NCBI GenBank assembly: GCA_002269645.1
Contig: NIVC01001884.1
Span: forward strand, 62,001 to 126,000
Origin: Macrostomum lignano
Taxonomy: Eukaryota
DNA: 64,000 bases
Reading direction: 5' to 3'
Shown: positions 19,370 to 32,075 of the stretch, piece by piece
Numbering within the stretch: the first letter of the stretch is position 1
Layout: each line of letters begins with the position of its first letter
Notes under the pieces: model-generated
The model's input: the letters and a program-made list of their open reading frames with translations, nothing else
Told to the model about the DNA's origin: nothing
Databases searched by the model: none
Translations under genes and position numbers: made by a program

Positions 19370-20960
19370 AAAATTGGGATGATTGCTGAAATAATAAACC
19401 AAGTAAGAATAATATATGAAAGTTATCATAAGGCGATACAGATAGGAATTTTCTCGAGTCCCATTTTCAAGTTTTAAATCAGGCTCTTGCTTTCCAAGCA
19501 ACTCACCCAATTATCTTCTGTCTGTTTTTCGTCTTGTGCGGGACCCTCCTCTTTCCCGCACATCCAGCATAGGTCGTCGGAATTAGGTGCCCTCTGCAGT
19601 AAGTCACACCACATCTTCATTCGCTTCAAAGACATTACTCTAGGCGCTGAGTTGAAGTTAAGTGGCTTGTTGGACAGAATCCTCTTCGCAAATTTAACGA
19701 CAGGAACACCGCAACTGCTACCATCTTGCTGGAGCGCGTGATGCAAAGTGGTTGGCTTCAATTCGCACCAATGGAAGCAGCGCCTCAAAGAGCTAGTAAA
19801 AATAGGAAAGGCAAAATTAAACTTAATGTAGAATTTTATTATAAGCTGGTAAAAAAGCGTACAAGACTAGTAAAAATCTGTATTTATTGTTCAAAACTGT
19901 TAGGAAAATTTTAAACATCAGTGAGCTAATTTATAAAGATCAGTGAAAACTTTATCGTCCTGTCTTAAACAGCTATACAGCAGCCAAATAAATTATAAAA
20001 GCATGTAACTCAGTCTGTTTCTGCAGCTTGCAATTGATGATTTGAAGCTTTGAAGCTATCGAAGTGGGATTGGTTATCTATATAGAATATTTAATTGACT
20101 TTGATCTTATTCAGCAGATTTGTGCACCTGTTTCATCGTCCTTCATAGCCATCTGTATGCATATTATTTCTTCTAACGTACACGACAGAGAGACTGATAT
20201 ACTATCAAACGTCTATTGAGGTAAAGCTATCCGATTTTAATTGAATTTTGGCCTTACTTAGCGATAAGACGTATCTATATATGACGCACAGTACAAAATC
20301 ATTCTATCCAAGCTGCAAAAACACAACTAATGAAAAACGAGCAATCGCATGCTCGTGAAATTTGATTTACATGAATATATCTCCAATCATAGAAGTAAAA
20401 CATGTCGCATTGTGAAAAAATGCTTGTGAAAAATCTATGTCGTTCTCAAAAAGCATAAAAAGACAACAATCGCTTACTTAAAATTAACGCAGAACGGTTC
20501 GTTCAAATTCTCTGATGACGCGAGAGGATCCATAACAGTTACGATTCCCTTGATAAGGTCGACAAAAAAGGAGCATGAAATTGTCATGTCGATAGACCGT
20601 GCCGATAATGATGGTCCTTGCCTACAAAGAGAAGTTGGTAACTGAGAATTTCAGCAGTTAGAAAGTCTTGAGCACTTAGTTTTCCAAATATTTTCCACAT
20701 TAACTTTAAAACAAGCCGGAGTAATAAAGTTTTATTGACCACAATTTTAGACCGGTAATATCAGAAGCAAAAGGACAAGACTTTATACCTGAAGCAGTTT
20801 TTAATTAATTCTGGCTTATAATCATTTTGCTCTCCATGGAATATCGCATCCACTTCGTAATGCATAAGGGAAACACCCCGTCGTGCTGAGGGGCAGCCGC
20901 GGCGATTAGTAAGTTTAGAATCTAAATGAAAATTTTGAAGAAACATTCTTAGATTCATAA

Positions 20961-22107
20961 AAGCTTAATATCAACATTTGAATATGATTGCAATTTCTAA
21001 AAACTTTGCAATTTCTAACAACTTTAACGCGTTTCGCACGCCATGGTGCATCGTCAGGATTTTATTAGAACGATTTGAGAAATTGAGATTGAAAGCGATT
21101 GATTAAATATTGGTTCCTCACCAGACTGTTCCATCAAAATGACTACCCCGTTTGTCTGGTCCAAGAAATCATCAACAAGTTCATCTCGGACAAAATCACC
21201 AAACAAAAACCTGAGCAATCTGTTACCACTGAAGAATTTGAACCCATTCTGCGTCTCCCCTTCCTCGGACCTCCATCTCTAGCCTTTAAAAACAGAAAGC
21301 GTAGGTTATTCTTTGCCTCTTTCAATCGTAACATCCGGGTCGTCTTCCACACGAACAAGATTGGGAACTTTGTTAGCAGATTAAAGTCGCGTGTTCCTTG
21401 TACTCTGCGTGCAGGTGTTGTCTACCAATTTAACTGCTCTGTGGACCAGAGCGTCTCCTACGTGGGGAAAACCAAAAGACACCTACACACGAGGAATAGG
21501 GAACACTGGCTCAAACCATCTGCTATACAAACTCACCTCCTTGAATGCACTAACTGCAATGACTGCAAACCAGAAGAACACTTTAAAATCATTGACCAAA
21601 GTCATACTGACGCCAAACTTAGAATTCTCGAGGCCCTGCACATAAAAGCTCAGACCCCGAATCTCAACACCCAATTACAACATAGTGGTGCAGGTCACGT
21701 TCTCCGCGTTTTCTGAACAGTGAGTGACACCGTCGTGCACGCTGTGTACACTTAGCTTGACGTTCAGTTACTTAAGCTACCGCCCCTGATTCTGCCTTTT
21801 GACCACTGGACAAGAATTGTGTACATTTGGCTTAACTTTCAATCTCAATCTATAATTCTCTCTCCTACCTACTATACCTATGTATGTTGTTAAAGCCAAG
21901 TTGTAATCAATTGTTTTCAATCTTACCCTCCTTACCTGTGTACGTTGCAAAAACCAATATTTAATCAATCGCTCTCAATCTCAACCTCTCAAATCGTTCT
22001 AATAAAATCCTGACGATGCACCATGGCGCGCGAAACGCGTTGAAGTTGTTAGAAATTGCAAAGTTGTTAGAAATTGCAATCATATTCAAATGTTGATATT
22101 AAGCTTT
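20961..22107 (+). mobile_element. 5'-truncated Penelope-like element (GIY-YIG endonuclease) with inverted terminal duplication
   Basis: ORF 21099-21716 has LRLPFLG, GVVYQFNC...SYVGKTKRHLHTRNREH and ILEALHIK...PNLN. 20961-21115 is the reverse complement of 21952-22107. Confidence 0.88.
21997..22054 (+). ncRNA. Type I hammerhead ribozyme-like motif of the Penelope 3' end (mirror copy at 21013-21070, minus strand)
   Basis: CTGACGA, then stem II, then GAAA, then palindromic ACGCGT. Stem I can form between TTCTAATAAAATC and GAAGTTGTTAGAA. Confidence 0.6.
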
Positions 22108-22319
22108 CTATTTATTCTTCTCGCCAAGCGAGCGACTCTACCAGCATTCTTAGATTTACTCGTTGCTACTGTAAATAGCAATAAAAAATTACGGCAGCTT
22201 AAATTAAGACTTATCCAGCTGTGCTCAGTAAGAAGTGACTGGCGATCGTAGCGTCTAATAGTAAACATACCATACTTCTCTTCGGTAACGAAACAAGTGA
22301 CAACTTCATCTTCTTCATT

Positions 22320-22580
22320 AGCGCCCTTCGGCTCTGGATCAGCGCTCTTCGGTTCTTCATCAGCGCGCTTCGGCTTGGACTTAGCGCTCTTCGGCTCTGC
22401 ATCAGCGCTCTTCGGCTTGGCATCAGCGCTCTTCGGCTTGGCATCAGCGCGCTTCGGCTTGGACTTAGCGCTCTTCGGCTCTGAATTAGCGCTCTTCGGC
22501 TCTGCATCAGCGCTCTTCGGCTCTGCATTAGCGCTCTTCGGCTCTGCATCAGCGCCCTTCGGCTTGACATCAGCGGTCAT
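22320..22580 (-). repeat. 21-bp coding tandem repeat (PKSADAE-like, about 12 units) in the MULE ORF
   Basis: Repeated gcgctcttcggctctgcatca-type units. ORF 22086-22580 stays in frame and continues into an Ulp1-like N-terminus (QSLLTEHSWI). Confidence 0.85.
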
Positions 22581-24289
22581 CGGCTTGGAGTTGGCTTGCT
22601 TAATTTCTTCGCCGCTGCTGTCAGTCTTGATAAAATGACAGTTTCGGTAGTGCCAGGACGTCTGACTTGCGACTGCCTTAAGTCCTTCCGACTAGGCGTC
22701 TGAACAGCAGATATACGCAATCGCGCCTGGATAAATTTTTTGCGACGGAAGGTCGGACGCAGTTGGAAGGGAATAGTCTTACGCAAATAAGATGGCTTGC
22801 AACCTCTTTTAGCCCAAGTATCACCATTTGGGCGATGCGATGCACTTTATCTGATTTCGGACGTCTTGATAATCTTGGGGGCAAAACTTGCTGCTGCTCG
22901 TGGTTTACTCTACTGATTCTTTGCTTTACACAATCTAACTCTTCGCGTAAAAGCCTGCCAATTTTCAGCTGCGAGCCTTTGCGCCGGCGTACTCGGGTTT
23001 TGACCCATCGAAACAACGTTTCAACTGAAGCGTTTGCGTTTTTCGCGGTACAACTGTTACTCAGCATTTGACAGACACTCCAGAGTGGTAAAAGTGGCAA
23101 ATAAAGTCTGAAGATCTTCAACATTGCTTCTGGTGCAAAATTGGGGTTTTCTTCGCAACCTTCTTGCGCTGCATCCTGATCGACCAGTTCTGGCACTTGA
23201 AAAGGCTTAGCGAATGGTGAGCTGCTACGAAGTGAAGGTCCTAATCCCTCAAGGCAAGGATCATCTGGAACTGGTTCTACAATCTTCTCTGGGTCTTCAT
23301 CGGTGATTTCTGTAAAAAAAACCATCACAGCTGTCAGATAGACTTTCGGTGTGCCGGGAAAGAACTGAAAATGCTTGCTGAACTTCAGGAGTAAGATAGT
23401 TGCTCAGAAATACTTGAAGCATAGCCTTCTATATAGAATTCACAGAGCTGATGCTGTCTGCAGTGATGAGTTGCGCAAAGAGAGTCTGAAATGTCCGCCT
23501 CACGATTTGTTCTTTATGCCAACAGCCAGTGCAACACAGTGCAGCAGATGTGAACTGCAGATAAAAACGATTGGATGCCTTGGAGGCTGGCATCAGCAGC
23601 AGTTAAACGCTTGTATTGTTTTTTCCAGGTAGGTCTCCAAGTCCATAATACGCGCTGCTCGAACAAAACCATGCAAAAAAACCCAACTGAAATCAGTGAC
23701 GAAGACGCGGGGTCCCACTTTACCTGCTTCCCAAATTCCGCGATCACTAAAGCGAGCGAAATTGAGCAAAAAGGAATCAATCCAAGCAGTTACATATTCA
23801 GTCTTTGTATACTCTTCCGTAATTGGCGTTAAAATAACAGATTCTGTTCTTACAACCATACTGTAAAGAAACACCTTTTCTGGAACGAACTCAGACCTTT
23901 GCACAAGACTGCCAGTTGCATCGACAAAAACAGGAGTGTAAGGATCTTTTCTAAGCAACTGACTAAGCGGGTGCTGCTGATCGGAGCAGTAGAAAACAAC
24001 TCCAAAAGGGGCCAAATTGATGCGCTGGATATAACCTGAAACACATTCGCTGGGCTGCATAGAAGCTTTCGACTTTCGAAGCTTTCGAGACTCGAAACTT
24101 TATACACGATTGTGTCAAAATAGTTGAAAATTGGATTGTGTCCAATTTGAAGAGGATTGGTAAAGGTAAAAGTGGAGCGACGCTATAGAGGACTTAGTGA
24201 AATTCTTGCGAAACTGGACAAGCAAATTGTCTCTAGCTAATTACAACTTCCTGAGTTCGGCTAGCCAAATTGCTGCTTGCCGGCTTTGG

Positions 24290-24465
24290 TTGGGTTCTCG
24301 CTAGCAGATTTCGGCAAGCAAAATCCTCGCTAGCAAAATCCTCGCTAGCAAATTTCGGCTAGCAGATTTCGGCTAGCAAACTTCGGCTAGCAGATTTCGA
24401 CAAGCAACTTTCTCGCTAGCAAACTTCGGCTAGCAGATTTCCTGCTAGCAAATCTCGTACTCCCA
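24290..24465. repeat. Degenerate 14-bp GCTAGCAAA(C/T)TTCG-type tandem array
   Basis: Directly visible. It lies at the 5' side of the MULE transposase. Confidence 0.8.
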
Positions 24466-24915
24466 GCTTTTCAGTCCTTCATCTGGTTAATAATATCGAC
24501 TAGGTCATTTCGGCCTTTATCTGAAGCACCTTGAGATCGACTGCAGGACTATCGAACAACTGCCAAGTAGCAGCTATCAGACTTTAACTTTTGCACGCTT
24601 TTTTCGTAAAGTTCAGTAGGCCGCGCATCTTTATTTTTAGATTTTTCTGATACAAACTCGCGTGACTCAGATAACGCACACTTTTTTCTGCAGTAATTAG
24701 TTCATGCCCAGAATGATTGTTGTGTTTTGTTTGGGACACCGTAGAAACAGACACGAGAACAGTTGCTTGACGTGAAGATGCCAGCGGGCGTATATTTGCT
24801 CAAGAATAAAAGAAGGGCAGAGGCTTTTCTTGAGCTTGCACCAATTATCATATATATGGTTTCAACCATAGACTAAATTCTTAGCAGATGGATCAAACAC
24901 AAGTGCATGCAAATA

Positions 24916-26951
24916 TGTAACACCCCCACCAATGCCAAAAGAAGACTGTCATGCATTGTAGAGGTATCACTTGTAGACAAGCCAATCAGGTGGTCGACTT
25001 ACCCGTGCGCTCCGACGGAGTTCCTGGGCGCCGGATGGCAACGGTCCTAACTGGATCTGACTGGTGGGTGTTGCGACTTTCCTATTCATTTCTTAGTTCA
25101 CCTTCACTTGTCTCTGTTTTCTCTCTCTGTCTAGCTCAATCTTGTTATTCTTATCTCTCTCTTTCCCTTGCTGCCTTCTGATTGGCTCTCCATTCTCGCC
25201 TCTCTCTTCAGTCGCGCACTCCACCCCCTCTCCTTATTATTCTGGGCTCAACCCCCCAAAGTTAAATGTTCTATAAATATATCGGTTTGGGCCCTGCGCC
25301 CACTTACTGGCTGGCTCCTCTTAGTATTCAATTTAACTCCAAGTAACTCTCTAGTTTTTAGGCTTGTTCTTATTTTCTCTACAGTGGGATTGGGTGGTGT
25401 AGTGACGGTCTCACTGAGAGGGCTGGATTGACCTCCGTAGATTTTGAATCCGAGGGCTTCGAATCAGCCACGGGTAGCTGGTCCGTACGAGCTTGAATGT
25501 CTGACCGATGAACGAGTCTGCCCTGTGCATCCCTAAATGTATTAGAACAAACGGCAGACTTCAGCTCAGTAGGGAAACGCTCCTCCTTGTGCTCCACTCG
25601 AATGAACACGGGAGTTGGTTGCTGACTTGGCCTCGACCATTCAGTGCAAGCGGCGGACAAACGTGTCCTTGGCAACTGCTGAAAGATCAGTAGAGCTGGT
25701 ATTGATCCGTTGCAATGTGGTGTAGTGTTCTGGAAGAGACAAAATCCCGCAATGTGCCGATCTAAGGCAGAGAGGTCCGCGTTGGCTTTGATCTTACGCA
25801 GATAAAACTTCAGTTCTTCTATGACTCTCTCGACCTGGCCATTGGACTGATGGTGTCCTGGGGGTGTGCAGACGTGTTCGACACAATTGTCTTTCAGAGA
25901 CATGGGGAACTCCTCAGCAACGAACGATCCACCGTTATCCATGACTATAGACTTCGGTAATCCAGTGTACTTGAATGTTTTTCTGCTTGCGGCAACAATT
26001 GATGAAGCCGTCATTGAGTTCACATGTTTGACGTCGACCCATTTTGAAAAGGCGTCGACAATCACCAGAAGTCTGCGACCTTTAAATTTTGCAATATCAA
26101 CGTGAACTCTTTCAAAGAAACTCTGCGCTTCCGACCACGAGGACAAGTTAGCATTGACTCTCTTTCTGGCGTGAAGCTGACATTGTACACATCGTTGTAC
26201 GTACGCATTAACTTTTGCGTCTATCTCGGGCCACCAGAAGTATTGCCGTGCTAGGCGTAACATTCTCACAATCCCAGGATGACCTTCGTGCAGCATTTGC
26301 AGGATCTCGGTCCTCAAGCTAGTGGGCGGAACGATTCGAAGTCCCTTGAAAATGATCCCATTTTGGATGGTGTATTCAATTTTCCTCGAGAATAGGGCTA
26401 CATTGTTGACGGAATGTAGGAAGGCCATTCCTTTTGTATGTACGTCTTGAGCAGATTCAGTTTGGAGTCGTTGGTACGTGCGATTCGATTCAACACTTGC
26501 TCTGAATTCCAGAATCCATCCAGTGCATTAACATCAAGCAGGTTGATCCTCGCATCCTTTTGCTGTCGTGCTAGTGGAAGTCTGGACAATGTGTCCGCGG
26601 CATGCATAGTGTCACCCTTGGCATAGAAAATCTCGTAGTCATACGCTCGCAGCAGGAGTGCCCAACGTTGCAGTGTAGCGGACACTCTTTCTGACACTTT
26701 TCTGATTGAATATGAATTGGAGCGGACGATTGTCTGAGACGATGGTGAACTTGCGGCCAGCGAGAAATTGGTGGAAATATTTTACGCCTTCCACAATAGC
26801 CAATTCTCCCTCTCGATGTTTGCGTAGTTGCTTTCAGCCTGAGTCAGTACCCGACTACCGAGCCAAACCACTTGCCTTTGTGCTCTGTCATGGGACAGGA
26901 CGTAGCCCAAGCCATCCTTCGAGGCGTCACATGTTAAGTACAACGGCTTCC
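24916..26951 (-). mobile_element. Mag/K02A2.6-like gypsy fragment (RNase H to integrase) with an LTR-like segment at 24916-25383
   Basis: LQRWALLLRAYDY...AADTLSRLP, HEGHPGIVRM...CVQC, VHVDIA, DNG, SNGQVER. The TG...CA-bounded 468-bp segment has no clear PPT or TSD. Confidence 0.8.
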
Positions 26952-28660
26952 TCCAGGGGTGTAGGAACTACTTTCAAAGTGGGGGGGCTCAATAAAAAAG
27001 GGCAGATCTGAGTTACTTCAATGCAAATCGAAGGGCAAAAATTTCAACTAATGTAAGTTCATTCATGCATTAAAAAGTAATTTAATTTCACAACAAAGTA
27101 CAACCCATTACATATAACTAATAATAATCGTAAAATAACTATATATTTACTATTTAGTTGGGCATTTTAGTTTACACAATGAGCAGACAGCGACAGCAGT
27201 TAAAAAACAAAAATTTACAACTAATTGTACTGTACTTAGATACTCATAGAACTATACATGTATATGTAGTGGAGCAAATAAATTACTGATCATTAGAGCA
27301 ATAGTTTATTAAAGTGTTTCAGGACGCAGGTATTGCATTGATTTGATGTTGACAGTACATGAAAGTTTATAAGAATATGAAATGAACATTTGAATTTCAA
27401 TTTGCTCCATTAAGCAAGTCACGTTCATATCAGATACTCGTAATGCAAAAATATATAGCAGTAGGTAGCCAGTAGTAGTAGCAAACTATGAAAACTAAAT
27501 AAAAGTCAATAGTCAGAAGCTCCAAATTTCACACTCTGCCAAAGAAAGTTTGCCGACGGCTGTTGCGACTTACAAACTCGCGAACAGCTTGTGCGAGGTT
27601 CAGATTGTCAGTACGATTCTTATGCACATTGAGTAACATGAAGCTGTTGTATGTTTTGGCAGTCATAGTACTTCGCAAGTAATTCTTGATCCGTCGTTGG
27701 GCTGAAAATGACCTTTCTGCAGTGCCAGATGTCATTGGCACTACCAAGTAGACGTGCAGCATTGCAAGTACATCTCGATAGAGCGGCTGGTGAATCTGTT
27801 CTCTTGTAAATATGTCATGCAGAGTTGTCAACCTTGAAATGAGCTTTACTTCAGGTGAACAACGCTTCACAAATCCATGCAGCAAACATAGCTGTGCTTG
27901 AAGATTGTCAGCATCCCAATCCACAGGATGGTACACCATCAGTGATGCTGGAATAGAATTAGGTGCTGCTCCATTGGCCGCGTGAATAAGAAGCTTCTCC
28001 ATGTCTTTGAGCACATTATATGCTTCCTGGTCAAATCTACTGTCTAGTTCGCGAACTAAAGCATCAATAGCGGTATAATAATGCTGCCTGTAGTATTCTT
28101 TTACAGAGTTAGATTGATGCTGAACCGGATGCATTTTACTGCCTTCATGTTCGAGTCGTATTGGAGCCCTTCGTTCTCTTGGTAGCTTTTGTTCAATGCC
28201 GACTGCCTCTGCACCCTCGACTACTTCCTGAAACCGCTCTGAAAACATGCTTCGCTCACGCAAAAGTGCGTCTTTGAGGCAGTTTACTCCGGTGATAGTG
28301 GACTCTGCTGTGACACTAGTGCTTTGAAGAGTAATAGCCAGCTGCTCTGATAATGTAAAAATCACTCGCGCTGATTGCAGCGAGTGATTGCAACTGATTG
28401 CATGAACTTTTGGAATGGCCCTCGTACATGCAAATGCAGCCAGAGGGGGTTTGAAGCAGCCTTTGTAAACCCCAGATAGTCTCTTGTGATGGCTTTAACT
28501 GATGGCTTGTGATGGTTGCTCATTAGTAATGCCTGAAATTTACGTGCCCTAAGTGAATGCCTCTGTCCAGTTGTGCAGACTAAAGCAAGCCAAAAAGTGG
28601 TAAGATTGACACCAATGAAAAATTCGTAACAGAATTTGTGCAATGGTACCATCTTGCTGG
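26952..28660 (-). mobile_element. hAT transposon 3' part (ZMYM1-like transposase with dimerisation domain)
   Basis: VPMTSGTAERSFSAQRRIKNYLRSTM in ORF 27529-28365. CAGGGG terminus at 26952, where it truncates the gypsy pol. Confidence 0.82.
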
Positions 28661-30519
28661 CGAAGCCTTCTGCAAAAAAACCTTAATTCTTATCCTTTTA
28701 TGACTTTGCATTTGTGAATATACAGAGTAAGTAATTTATGACTTTGAAATTGTAAATATACAGAATAAATAGAATGACTACTTGCAGTTGATTGGGTTTA
28801 TAAATTTGCTTTTGTAATTACAGTGCAGAGTTGTTCTTGTTCTTTGTCCGAGTACGCAGAGAAAAGGATTATTTGTTACTAATTAATGGGAGACTGCGCC
28901 CTAATTTGTGACTGTAGCTGAAGCATTTAAAAAAAGTTGCGTCTGCATTAAAAATGTAGAAAATTTTACTGAATATTTATTATCAGCCATTCTAATTTTT
29001 GGTTGGTTAGTTATAGATTTAGTATAGTTGGATTACTTTAAATGCAGGTTTGGGCGTGTGATCAATATGTTGGCTGTAGGTTGAAGTGTTTTACTTTAAG
29101 TTCATTTAGTACGAGCGTAATATGTTTGTTCTATTCGTTTCCGCCAATGACTGCGCCCCTCACCACCGGCTGGGGCGCAATTGAAGAAGTTATTCCGACA
29201 CTGTACATTGCTAAGTACACGGGCGTGTCCCCCCTGGGGGAATGGGTAGGCGTATATGATAGTACAGTCTTGTCAGGCAGCTAGAAGTTTGGTTGAGAAA
29301 TTTTTACCAAGCCTCTGGACTGGGGCGCCAACGAACTCGAATTTATTCCTAGCACAATACATGCTATGTACACTGGCTTATGCCGCGTATCCCCTATGAT
29401 TTGGGGTAATGAGTGAGTGAGAGTGGCCCAATGCCAGAAAAAGCTATTATAGCGTCCATAGCCATAGAGACCATAGCGAACCAATTTGTAAACAGACAGA
29501 AGACTGGGTTCGTTTTAACATTTTAAATCTATACATTAATCACACACTCTTATTTCCGTAGTTAAGGAATTAATCAAGTAGAGTTGAAGATATCGATGAC
29601 GAATTTAGTCTACGAGTCGCACAGATATATAGCATCAATTAACCAGACTGAGTCCATGTATTTCAAGGTTGCATGATTTGCAAAATGGGTCAAGCAAAGT
29701 CGTGAAATAACTGAAATGAAAAACTGCTAGAAAACTACAAGTTCCTAGAGTTGAGTTAGTGAAATTAAAATTGCATTTTAATTACCCTGTGAGTGAACAA
29801 AGATGAAAAGCGTTGGGGCACATGCGAACTGCAAGAAAGAACTGTAGCTAAAAGGAATTATTAGGCTATGCGAAAGTATTGGCTATTTGAGTCACAAATA
29901 AAAGTACAAAAGTAAAAAATCTAAATTACGGACACAATAACTTTAAGCAAGTCGAACCAATTAATGTAAGTCAGTTGTAAGTTGTACCAGGCAATATCCA
30001 CTATTAAATAACCACTGGCTCCAGTCACAATAGCCGATGCCAATGTTTGTATGCAAATATTAAAACAGTTAAGCGTACACAACATTAAACTTGGTGCAAC
30101 GCCAATGACGCCTCTGCATGATAGGCAACTGTGTTGTTGCCTTTGGGTAACAATATTTTTTGCTGTTGCTGCTTTTCCAGCCGTTGCAGAGCGTACTGGT
30201 AGAAGTAGTACGCTATTGCTCTGAAATAAGGCAAGTATGGTTGAATTGTCAATGTCAGTTATAAAATTCTGCACAAGCATGTTTTATTGGTACATAAGCC
30301 CAGAATTAAAATAAGAATTCGATTCCTAGCCCTCCTTCCTAAGAATTCTTTTCATTTTAAAGGTTTAACTACATAGGACCTATATCTTGCATAAGTCTAT
30401 TTAGGATAAGAGGGAATTATTTGACAATAAATTTGTTTGTTTGTATGTCTTTTTTCATGGAAATTATCGATATGAATATCGGTCGGAATATCGATCGGAA
30501 TATCTGTCGGTAAAAGTTA

Positions 30520-30840
30520 AGCACGTCATCTTGATAATTCTTAAACCTGAGGTATTTTTCTTCTGCTGAAAGAAGAGAGCAAATAGTTGGGTGATCCTCA
30601 CAGGTTAATTCATGTTCTGCGAGCTTTTCATCGCGGGTTGGTCCACTGTAATTTTTCTAAAATAATCTGCAGATTGCTATAGCCGGATTGTAATTGTTAA
30701 ATTGTCTATAAATTAACCTGGATAAATCTTTAATCCACACATAATGGGCATTTACCTGTAAGCTTCCAATCACTAGAAGATCTACATCTAAACGTCTTAC
30801 CTTCGGGATCCATTGTGTTTTTACTACACCTGACGAGTTG
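30520..30840 (-). pseudogene. Polinton/Maverick-type DNA polymerase B N-terminal fragment
   Basis: My translation: VDLLVIGSLQVNAHYVWIKDLSRLIYRQ...C..F*...KLAEHELTC...YLRFKNY, resembling the HYxWIKxxSRL / C-H-C motif of polinton PolB. One stop codon. Confidence 0.55.
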
Positions 30841-32022
30841 TACGAGGGTGATCAAAAAGTTCTGTAACCCTTTGTTATAGCTTTTAGTTATAGAATCGGC
30901 AAAAGCCAAAAACTTACACATATACGGCTATATCTCTTTGCTATTGAAGTAGAATGGTGTTTGCTTCCATGTTTAGGCACTTAAGATTACTCTTCTTTCG
31001 TGGGAAGATTTGTTACATAAATGATGCGGAGTTAAACGAAAAAGCGTAATAATTAAATGGTTTGTTTCTTTATTTAAATGTTTATTAGAAAAAACAATCT
31101 AATAAAAAGTATATTATTTGTCACATTAAAAACTAATAGTATAAGAATTTGAACTTCCTGTACAGAGATTTTTAATTCAGAATCTTCAGCATTTGTAACA
31201 TCATAAGCTATTAAGATATTCTGATCGTTCAGAATTTTTATTCAGAATTTGTCACATCAACAATTACTATTGGTAATGAAAAAATCGAAACTATCCTAAT
31301 CATTCAAGATTTTTATTCCGGATTTTCCGGGATTTTTCAAGTTTAACCTACTATTCGTAGTTTTTGAATGAGTTACATATATACGACTTATATATCGTAA
31401 AATAAACAGTTCAGAAACATTAAAGTGGATCAAAAAAGTTTGGAATGTTGATTAAAATTTCAAAGTGAAGTTTCTATCGGATCAAGCACAATGTTGATCT
31501 AGTTTTGTAGCTTGCAGCAAAAATTTCGTCCTCCAAGGCCTCTTTCTCGATCGCTTTTTTAAACGCGATGAGCGTTTTCGAAAGAGTATCCCGAAAACAC
31601 TAAATTCGGGTACTTCAAAATGAGGATCTATGAATCTCGGTTTTCACCAAGTCGAGAATTATAAGGTGAAAATGTTGTCGATCATCAATAGTATGCGAGC
31701 TAATAACTTGATAAGCAAATTACTTATCGCGTCTTGACTACTATTTCCTCGTTCCTGATTTAAATTGTCTTTGCGCGTTTTTTGTGTGCCTCCTAACTTG
31801 GCTTTAAAGATCTCGTGTGCCTTTTGTGTCGTTAAATAAATTACTGCCATAACATAGGTTAAAAAATTAAATTCGAAGTATTGTGTTAGGATAGTTGATT
31901 TTTTATATATAAGAACATTATGTATAACTAGATTTTAGTAGATGTTGATGATCGAAGGTGGATTTTGTCCAGGTTGTCCTAGAACTCCCGTCATGCCTAC
32001 AACTAGAGAGAAATGATAAGAG

Positions 32023-32025
<3 letters not shown>

Positions 32026-32060
<35 letters not shown>

Positions 32061-32075
32061 TGAGAGAGAGAGAGA
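32026..32075. repeat. (AG)n microsatellite
   Basis: Directly visible. Confidence 0.95.

Larger units (their letters stand above)
19144..24465 (-). mobile_element. Mutator-like (NOF/Foldback-type) DNA transposon, degenerate and multi-exon, with C-terminal Ulp1 protease and PHD finger
   Basis: VFVDATG, VFLYSMV, FVTDFSW, ICSSH (CxxH), LPLWS...NASVETLFRWVK. Ulp1-like HDNFMLLFVDL...MDPL (20478-20623) and QQDGSSCGV. The spliced PHD reads CWMC...NW|TDCDTCSKWFHDAC. A GCTAGC repeat array lies at the 5' end. Confidence 0.7.

Noticed and set aside
29921-30280. 119-aa ORF as a host exon
   Set aside because: No recognisable motif or consistent splice frame.
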